64,000 bases of DNA from contig OZ024741.1 of the NCBI GenBank assembly GCA_964016885.1, positions 68,634,001 to 68,698,000 of the forward strand. Direction: 5' to 3'. Of the stretch, positions 53,972-61,658 are shown one piece after another. The translations under genes and the position numbers were made by a program. Under the pieces are notes generated by a model. It was not told where the DNA came from, did not search any database, and saw only the letters and a list, made by a program, of their open reading frames with translations. Source of the stretch: Eledone cirrhosa (taxonomy: Eukaryota). Within the stretch, counting starts at the first letter, position 1. Each line of letters starts with the position of its first letter.

Positions 53972-55969
53972 ATGGCTAATTCCCCTCTGCACGAAGCAGC
54001 TGAAAGCCTTCCTCACAAAATAACACCTCACACCGACACCACCATTGTAAATGTTACTACGTTTACCAACACAAAAAAATATAAGCAGTAGCAATATTTT
54101 AAATTTGTCTCAGGCAGACATTCATTTCCCGCCATTACCAATGACTGCAGGTGTTAAAGCCTCCACCACCACCACCACCGCGACAACCACCACCCCCACC
54201 ACCACCGCGACAACAGAAACAAAAGAAGAAAAAAATAAATTAACTCGTGATGTCGAAATGAAATCAAGCAAAATGGACTCTTCCGCACCAAAGACGAATG
54301 ACGTCACCACCACCACAACTGAAACAAAAATTAAGATTAACACAAATAACGATAGCAACAACAACAACAATGACATTATAAAACCGACCCTCAGTTTCGC
54401 CATCGTAGCAAAACAATTTGAAGCGTTCACGGTAACTCAAGAAGATTTAGAAAATGCCAAACAAATGGTAAAGAAAGATGGGTACAGGGTCAGCCTCACC
54501 CCCCCTCCCCACCTAATAAAATGGAACATCGGCGCCTGTGCACCGTGTCGTATAGAACAATAAATGTAAAATCGCGCCGAGTGGAACGGGCATCCGAGTC
54601 CCAAATCCAAAAAGCTTTGGGACATGTGTGGGCAAGAAAAACCCACATCAGACGTGGGCAAAAGTATGGAACCGTGGATGTGTTCTTTGAAACACCAGAG
54701 GAGGCTAGAGAATACTCCATGGCCCCATTAAAAAGTGACGACCTCACACTCGTCCCAAGCTATTGTGGCCAGAGACTCGTAAAGATCAGGGTTACCCACG
54801 TTCCACCGGCCATCGAAATTCCCTGGCTAATAGCGGCTGTCCTCGCCGGCATCGAAGCCAACGCGAAAATAATAGCAGTAGCAAAAGAAAAGCAGGAAAA
54901 CTGGTCCGGATCTGGGATGGAGCTCCTGATCCAAGCGGACCAAAAAAGCATTGAGGAGATCCCAGAGGTAATAGACCTCACTGACGGCAGCCACCTCACG
55001 GTAATTGTCGAGGGCAGAAGACCTAGGTGTGTCGTTTGTGGTGAAGGAACCCACCTAAGGGCTTTCTGCCCTCAGGCTAAAAGGTTGAGGCCACCTCTCC
55101 TACCCACCCCAGTGACACAACCATCAACACCACCAGTAGCAGAGATGGCAGCAACAACTGTAGCAGCAACAACAGAAGCAACTACAACAGCAACAACCCC
55201 AGCAACAGTAGCAAAACCAACACCACTACCACCACCAGCAAAACCAACACCACCACCACCCAACGCTTCAGAACTAGCACCAGCGCCTGCACCATCCACC
55301 ACACCACAACCAAAACTAACGGCTGTGGAGGATTTTCCACTCCCCGGCCTATCACAACTGGAGACAGATTGTGACGACGAGGAGTGGGAAACGATATCCG
55401 GAAAAAAAAAAAGAAACCAAAAAAGAAAAAATTCTCTTCCTTCCCCCTCCAAAAACAAAATACAGAGGGAAACAAATAAACTAGGAAACAAAAAAGTTAA
55501 GACAGATATGCCACCATCCACACCAGCACCACCAACCCCATCAACCAAAACACCAACACCATCACCATCATTATCCCCAGCACCACCATCACCTACACCA
55601 CAAAAGTCACCAAAATGCGAAACAGAAACAAACCCACAACAAACGCAAACAAAACAAAACAACCAAAACGATACACACTACACAGCATTAAATTTGAACA
55701 ACAAGCAATTATTACACTACATCCAACACAACACCAGCATCACAGAAAAAGACTACACAACAACCCCAAAATTCACACCACCTCCACACATACAAATCAC
55801 TCGCATCACACAGAAAACGTACATGACACTAAAACAAAAATTCCCCAAAGACATCGGAGACTTCCGACAAGCACTCTCCAGGAGGATTTATAAGGACATC
55901 CTTCCTGAGGAGGCCACAAGCAGTGAAAAGGATGGAAAAGCCGTCCTTACCCTACGAGAAGTAAGTTAG
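53972..55969 (+). pseudogene. Tx1 ORF1 (gag-like, single zinc knuckle) with two frame breaks at homopolymer runs (~54075, ~54505)
   Basis: LSFAIVAK, putative RRM-like block, CVVCGEGTHLRAFC (CX2CX4HX4C), Pro/Thr-rich region, EWETISGKKKR; 54521..55969 is open for 482 aa. Confidence 0.85.
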
Positions 55970-56002
55970 TGGTCTTTCCCATCTTTTCCACTCCTTTTCA
56001 AC

Positions 56003-59000
56003 ATGACCTCACTCAGAATAGGCAGCATAAATGCGCGTGGCTTGGGGTCGTCATGGAAGCAGGGCCACCTGCTCAACGACCTCAGGTCACTAAACATAGA
56101 TGTAGTGGCCATCAGCGAGACCAGAATCTCCGAAGCACGGGCCTTCGCACCGATCTTCGGCGGCTACGATGTGTACGCATCTCCCAGCCGTCCTGGATCG
56201 GGTGGAGGAGTTGCTGTGCTTTTTCGGAGAGGTTTGGATCTCGCCATACGGGCCATCTTCCTGGACGCAGAGGGTAAGCTGGTGGTGCTGGACGTGACCA
56301 GCGGAGACGGGCAAGCTTTCAGGCTAGTGGCCGTCTATGCCCCGACAGGAGCAGGGCGGCCTGATTTCTTCCGGCGTCTGGAGACCTTTCTTGGAACGTC
56401 CCGCTCTTTAGTGTTAGTGGGCGACTGGAACGGGATCTTAGATGCACGCTGGGACTGTGTGGGATTAGCGGATAGGGGTGGAGGGTGCAAGAGCCTCACC
56501 AACCTGCTCAGGCGTTTTGAACTGTCTGACAGGTACCGAATGGATTTCCCGAATGTGCCAATGTGGACTTGGACAAACCGCATAGGGTCATCCAGATCAT
56601 ATCTAGATAGAGTATTTTGTAGGGAAATAGATAGGTCTAGCATAGGCTGTCCACAATTCAAGATAGTCAGCTACACGGACCACAAATTCGTGACCTGTGT
56701 GCTTGACTTAGATAGGCTTCATAGACGAGGACCCGGCTACTGGAAGCTAAACGCGTCCTTACCAGCGCGCAAGGCCTACAGAGACCGGATTAGCGAACTA
56801 GTTAAGCGGGCGTTGACGGGGGCCATCGTCAACAACAAGTGGTGGTTTGCTTTGAAAAGAGCGATTAGAATAGAATCGATTAGGTTTAGTAAGGCTTTAG
56901 CAATAGAGAAAAATAGAGCAGAGGGAGAACTAGTTAGAAAATTAGACGAGGCGCTTAGCAAAGGCATTGCGACCGACGTGCTTGCGGCGAAATTGGCCCT
57001 TGACCAATTCTTCAATGCAAAGCACGAAGGCTGCGTTGTCAGAGCTAGGGTGCGTGCTCTCAGACACGAGGGGACGAAAGCCGTTCAATGGGCCCGAGTG
57101 GCGGAGGCGCGTCGTGGCAACAAAGCCACGATCCGGTCTTTGGTGGACCACGACGGGCGCATGCTACTCGATCCCGGGCAAATGTGTGAAGCTTTTCAGC
57201 GACACTTCGCTCAGCTGTTCGGGGGCAGCGGGGGGCCGGGTAGAGGGATGGACTTTAGTGTCTACCTCGACGGACTGCCGCGGCTCTCGGCCACTGAGGC
57301 GAAGTGTTGCGAAAAGCCGATAACAGCCGCTGAAGTAAGGGAGGCAATGACTGGCTGCACAAGGGGTAAATCGCCTGGTTTGGATGGTCTGCCCTATGAA
57401 CTTTACGTACAGATGCCAGACTTGTTCGGAGGCCTCTTGGCGGACGTCTACTGCAACTGGCAACAGAACGGGAGAATTCCCAGTTCTGTGAGCCGAGGAG
57501 CGGTGGCACTGCTGAGAAAGGATCCGAACAAGGGGGATAACATAGAAAATTTCCGGCCCATAACTCTGCTAAACACAGAGTTTAAGATTTTGGCCAAGGT
57601 GCTAGCAAAGAGGTTGGCGCTTGTCGTTGGTGGTCTGGTGGGAGAGGCGCAGACATGCGCCATTCCCGACAGATCCATCCACGACAACCTCCACCTCATG
57701 CGATACATCGTAGAGAGGGTAGCTAGGGAACCTGGCACGGGTGGGTCCTTGATCAATTTAGATCAGTCGAAAGCTTTCGATAGGGTGGACCATCGTTACC
57801 TAGCGGCAGTCCTGAGGGCGGCTGGCTTTGGGCCCGTCTTCAGAGGCTGGATCGCTGCCATGCACAGCGACATCTGCTCTGTGGTGAGAGTGAACGGTCA
57901 CCTGTCGGAACCGTTCAACATCATGCGCTCGGTCCGCCAAGGATATCCCCTCTCGTCCCTCTTGTACGTATTGACTCTCGAGCCATTACTGCACAAACTG
58001 GAGACGTTGAGGGGAGTCCCGCGCGAACTAGGATGCGGAAGATCCGTGTCAGCATATGCGGACGATGTCACCGTAGTGGTGTCGAACGCCAAACACATCG
58101 AGGCGATCGGCACTACACTAAGAGAATACGAAGCGGTGACAGGAGCAATGATCAACCAGGAAAAGTCAGTGGGCCTGCAGCTCGGCACCTGGAGAGGCAG
58201 GTCCATGCCGTCCAACAGCGTCGTCGGGCGCTGGACGGACGGACCGGTTAAATTGCTAGGGGTCTGGTTCGGTCCGGACCTCCAGACGGACAAAAACTGG
58301 GACGAGGTGACGAGCAGGGTGGCTTCTCTCACCCAGAAATGGGCGGAGAGGAAGCTATCCCTGAAAGGTCGAGCGGAGGTGGCTAACGCGTACATCGCGT
58401 CTGTCATCTGCTACCGCCTAACCGTCGTACCTTGTCCTAAGCCTCGCCTGACTGCGCTGGAGCGTTTGCTCTTTCGCTTTTTGTGGAAGGGACGTGCTCC
58501 GATGGTCAGGCGGTCCATCTGTTGTCAACACCCGCTACGTGGAGGGCTGGGCATGCCGTGGCTGATGATGCGCAGGCACGCGCTCAGGCTACGACATCTC
58601 CACCTCTTCCTCGACGGTGATCAGGTGTGGTCGCCGTTTGCTAGACGCGTTTTTCCCCAGCTCGTTTCCTTGACGGAGCTGCAGTCCTGGGTCAAGCGAA
58701 GACCGAGAGGGAGCGCCTGGAGACTGGAATGTCTTCAGGCGCTCACAGCCCTCGACCAATCGGGCAATGTGATCGGTGGAAACTCCACCTCGGCGTTCTA
58801 TAGAGGATTAGTGGAGGGGAAGAGCGACGACGTACTTGGGGAAACTCTAGGCGTCGACGAAAATCAACTAGCCAATCTCTTCGGAAGAACTTTCGGGCCA
58901 GGGCCTATGGACAACTTCCAGAAATCTCTGGCCTGGCAGTGCTACCGAGGAGCCTTGCCAGTTCGGGATAAACTCTACAGGCATGGAGGTGCCGTCAGCC

Positions 59001-59422
59001 GGGCATGTCCGAGATGCGCGCAGGGCGACGAAACCGTCCTGCACGCACTCGTCCAGTGTCCGAAAATTGCTGACTTGTGGGTTTATGTCGAACACCTGCT
59101 GTCGCGTTTAGGACGGATCCAGCTATCATCTGAGTCTATCGTGAGGATTGCCCCGCCCTCCTCCTTTAGCCGGGAAGGGCAGGCAGTTTTTATCTGTCTG
59201 GTGGCCATGGCGAAAGAGATAGTATGGTGGACACGTTTGAAAGGGCTGAAGACGAGCACTTACCTCTTCGGTGATGCTCTGATTGACTTTTTCAAATTTC
59301 ATTTGAAAAGGAAAATCAGAGTAGAGAAGGAAGTGCTCTCTTCCCAGCATTTTGTTGAAAGATGGGTGAGAGAAGCAAGAATGGCCCGAGTGAATGGGCC
59401 GACTCTGAGTATATATCTGTAA
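56003..59422 (+). CDS. Tx1 ORF2: APE endonuclease, reverse transcriptase, C-terminal CCHC; 1139 aa, intact
   Basis: INARGL, ISET, VYAP, GDWN, YLDR, TDH; KSPGLDG, FRPITLLN, LDQSKAFDRV, QGYPLS, YADD; CPRCAQGDETVLHALVQC. Confidence 0.96.
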   Translation: MTSLRIGSINARGLGSSWKQGHLLNDLRSLNIDVVAISETRISEARAFAPIFGGYDVYASPSRPGSGGGVAVLFRRGLDLAIRAIFLDAEGKLVVLDVTSGDGQAFRLVAVYAPTGAGRPDFFRRLETFLGTSRSLVLVGDWNGILDARWDCVGLADRGGGCKSLTNLLRRFELSDRYRMDFPNVPMWTWTNRIGSSRSYLDRVFCREIDRSSIGCPQFKIVSYTDHKFVTCVLDLDRLHRRGPGYWKLNASLPARKAYRDRISELVKRALTGAIVNNKWWFALKRAIRIESIRFSKALAIEKNRAEGELVRKLDEALSKGIATDVLAAKLALDQFFNAKHEGCVVRARVRALRHEGTKAVQWARVAEARRGNKATIRSLVDHDGRMLLDPGQMCEAFQRHFAQLFGGSGGPGRGMDFSVYLDGLPRLSATEAKCCEKPITAAEVREAMTGCTRGKSPGLDGLPYELYVQMPDLFGGLLADVYCNWQQNGRIPSSVSRGAVALLRKDPNKGDNIENFRPITLLNTEFKILAKVLAKRLALVVGGLVGEAQTCAIPDRSIHDNLHLMRYIVERVAREPGTGGSLINLDQSKAFDRVDHRYLAAVLRAAGFGPVFRGWIAAMHSDICSVVRVNGHLSEPFNIMRSVRQGYPLSSLLYVLTLEPLLHKLETLRGVPRELGCGRSVSAYADDVTVVVSNAKHIEAIGTTLREYEAVTGAMINQEKSVGLQLGTWRGRSMPSNSVVGRWTDGPVKLLGVWFGPDLQTDKNWDEVTSRVASLTQKWAERKLSLKGRAEVANAYIASVICYRLTVVPCPKPRLTALERLLFRFLWKGRAPMVRRSICCQHPLRGGLGMPWLMMRRHALRLRHLHLFLDGDQVWSPFARRVFPQLVSLTELQSWVKRRPRGSAWRLECLQALTALDQSGNVIGGNSTSAFYRGLVEGKSDDVLGETLGVDENQLANLFGRTFGPGPMDNFQKSLAWQCYRGALPVRDKLYRHGGAVSRACPRCAQGDETVLHALVQCPKIADLWVYVEHLLSRLGRIQLSSESIVRIAPPSSFSREGQAVFICLVAMAKEIVWWTRLKGLKTSTYLFGDALIDFFKFHLKRKIRVEKEVLSSQHFVERWVREARMARVNGPTLSIYL

Positions 59423-59682
59423 ACTAAAGGTGGAAAACTGGGAGAGGGCACTTGCCTTGGTGGTCAGGGTCATTGTGGCTTTTTACTGGGCTTTCTCCAC
59501 AAATGTCCCTCCGAAGTCTCCCCCCTATTGGGGAATTTTTCATTGTTATTTTCATTGTTATTTTTGTTACATCCTCTGTTTTTGTTTTTTTACACGCAGA
59601 AATGCCCATTTGTACCGTCCTGCATTGTCCTGCACTGTCCTTAATGTCTACTTTATGTAAACCCTTGTGGTTAATAAAGAAA

Positions 59683-59735
<53 letters not shown>

Positions 59736-59750
59736 GTTATTATTATTATT

Positions 59751-61630
59751 CCTTGAATCTCAGTCATTGATGTTGGTTAACTGGAAAGTCCGTTGGATTG
59801 AATATCAAGCCACTACCTGCAGCCTCAGATATTCAGGACGTATCGGAGGGTTCTTGCTGTTCCAAGCAAGCATGCCTTTTGAAGCGTTCCAAAAAGCGTG
59901 AAGGGGCCGATTTTCTTTAACCATCCCTGGAAACCTTTGGAGATAGTCCCCAGTGCGCCTATGACAATCGGGATCACTTTGACTTCATGGCAGTTCCAAA
60001 TCCTTTTCACCTCCCACTTTAGGTCCTGGTATCGGTTAATTTTCTCCCTCTCCTTCTCTTGCACTCTCGTGTCGAACGGGCAGGCCACATCCACAATCAG
60101 GCACGATCTTTTTTCTTTGTCCACAACCACCAGGTCAGGTCTATTGTGTTCCAGTTTTTTGTCCGTCTGTATCCTAAAATCCCACAGCACCTTCACCTGA
60201 CTGTTCTCCATCACTGCCTCTGGCCTATGCTCATACCATTTCTCAGAATGTGGTAGATTGTTTACTTTGCACAGGTGCCAGTGGATCACCCTGCCCATCA
60301 CATCGTGTCTCCAGCCCTTATAGTGGGTCTGGGCTAGGTGTTTACACTCGGACACAATGTGAGCCACAGTCTCCTCTCTCTCTCCACAGATCCTGCACAG
60401 TGGGCTAGCCTCCTCCTTGTAGATATGGTGCTTCAACCACTTCGTTTTGAGGGCCTGCTCCTGCGCAGCCATTAGCATTCCTTCTGTAGCCTTTTTGAGG
60501 TCTCCTCTTCTCAACCAGTTCCATGTCTGTGGATCTCTAAATTCAGTTTTCTCAAAGAAGGTACTATGAAGGGATTTTCCCTTAAGGCTGCTCTTCCTCC
60601 TTGATGTTATTTCCTCCTTGGACATCCCCTGGCCTACTGTCCCCTCCTTCAGTACAGTTCTGAGCATTGGCTCCTTACTATAGGTCACGTATTTGTATAG
60701 GTTGTTTTTCTCCATCTGAACACAGTCCTCTATGCTGATAAGACCTCTTCCACCCTCAGATCTCCTTAGATAGAGTCTATCGACATCACTCCTCTTGTGG
60801 AACATGTTGTAGATAGTCAATAGCTTCCTAGTCTTCCTATCCATTTCTTTTTGTTCAGCAACATTCCATCTCAGAATTCCCGCACTGTACCTAATAATAG
60901 ACACAGCTCGGGAATTTACTGCGCTTATGGCATTTCTGCTGTTCAGATGTGACTTCAATACGCTCCTTACTCTCCGAATGTATTCAGTTCTTAACAATTC
61001 CTTCATTTTTTTGTTCTTTATGCCATCAGCCTCCAGAACGCCCAAATACTTGTATCCTTCCTCAGAGTCAATTTCCTTTATCATCTCACCTGTTGGTATC
61101 TGGATCCCGTTACTTCTGCTCAACCTACCCCTCTTCATCACAATGACTCCACATTTACCAATACCAAACTGCATACATATATCACTGCTGAAAATACGGA
61201 CAGTGTCAACAAGCACATCCAACTCCTTCTCACTTTTCCCGAAGAGCTTAAGATCGTCCATGAAGAGGAGGTGATTGATGGTAAGCTCTCCCCTTCCCAA
61301 CTTGTATCCTGCTCTCACTTTTCGCAGCATAATGGTCAAGGGCATCAGGGCAAGGACAAACAACAGAGGGGACAGGCTATCTCCCTGGAAGATAACTCTC
61401 TTGATCTTCACGCTTCCCAAGGATACTCCAGTTGATGTCAACTCTGTCTCCCAGGACCCCATACTCCTGCCCAGCAACTGTCTGATGTTATCCGCCACCC
61501 TGAAGACCTCCAGGCTTTTGGTGATCCAGGAATGAGGCACCATGTCAAATGCCTTTCTGTAGTCTATCCATCCCATGGCAAGATCCCATGGCAAGATCTG
61601 TGTGTCTCCTCCTGCAATTCCCCATTACCA
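59751..61630 (-). mobile_element. 5'-truncated R4/Dong-clade non-LTR retrotransposon
   Basis: RT plus restriction-like endonuclease ORF, short 3' UTR, (TAA)n on both sides on its sense strand. Confidence 0.9.
59825..61594 (-). CDS. R4/Dong RT (partial), CCHC and RLE endonuclease; 589 aa open frame
   Basis: WIDYRKAFDMVPH, FQGDSLSP, LFMDDLKL, CRICGEREETVAHIVSEC, RHD, RPDLVVVD..DVACP..EKINRY. Confidence 0.92.
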   Translation of the reverse strand: MPWDLAMGWIDYRKAFDMVPHSWITKSLEVFRVADNIRQLLGRSMGSWETELTSTGVSLGSVKIKRVIFQGDSLSPLLFVLALMPLTIMLRKVRAGYKLGRGELTINHLLFMDDLKLFGKSEKELDVLVDTVRIFSSDICMQFGIGKCGVIVMKRGRLSRSNGIQIPTGEMIKEIDSEEGYKYLGVLEADGIKNKKMKELLRTEYIRRVRSVLKSHLNSRNAISAVNSRAVSIIRYSAGILRWNVAEQKEMDRKTRKLLTIYNMFHKRSDVDRLYLRRSEGGRGLISIEDCVQMEKNNLYKYVTYSKEPMLRTVLKEGTVGQGMSKEEITSRRKSSLKGKSLHSTFFEKTEFRDPQTWNWLRRGDLKKATEGMLMAAQEQALKTKWLKHHIYKEEASPLCRICGEREETVAHIVSECKHLAQTHYKGWRHDVMGRVIHWHLCKVNNLPHSEKWYEHRPEAVMENSQVKVLWDFRIQTDKKLEHNRPDLVVVDKEKRSCLIVDVACPFDTRVQEKEREKINRYQDLKWEVKRIWNCHEVKVIPIVIGALGTISKGFQGWLKKIGPFTLFGTLQKACLLGTARTLRYVLNI

Positions 61631-61658
61631 TATTATTATTATTATTATTATTATTATT

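Larger units (their letters stand above)
53764..59683 (+). mobile_element. Full-length Tx1-clade non-LTR retrotransposon, copy C
   Basis: 5' UTR, ORF1, intact ORF2, 3' UTR with AATAAA; (TTA)n on both sides. Confidence 0.95.

Noticed and set aside
55072-55662. Long antisense Gly/Val/Leu-rich ORFs opposite Tx1 ORF1s
   Set aside because: Expected shadow of C/A-rich low-complexity sense sequence
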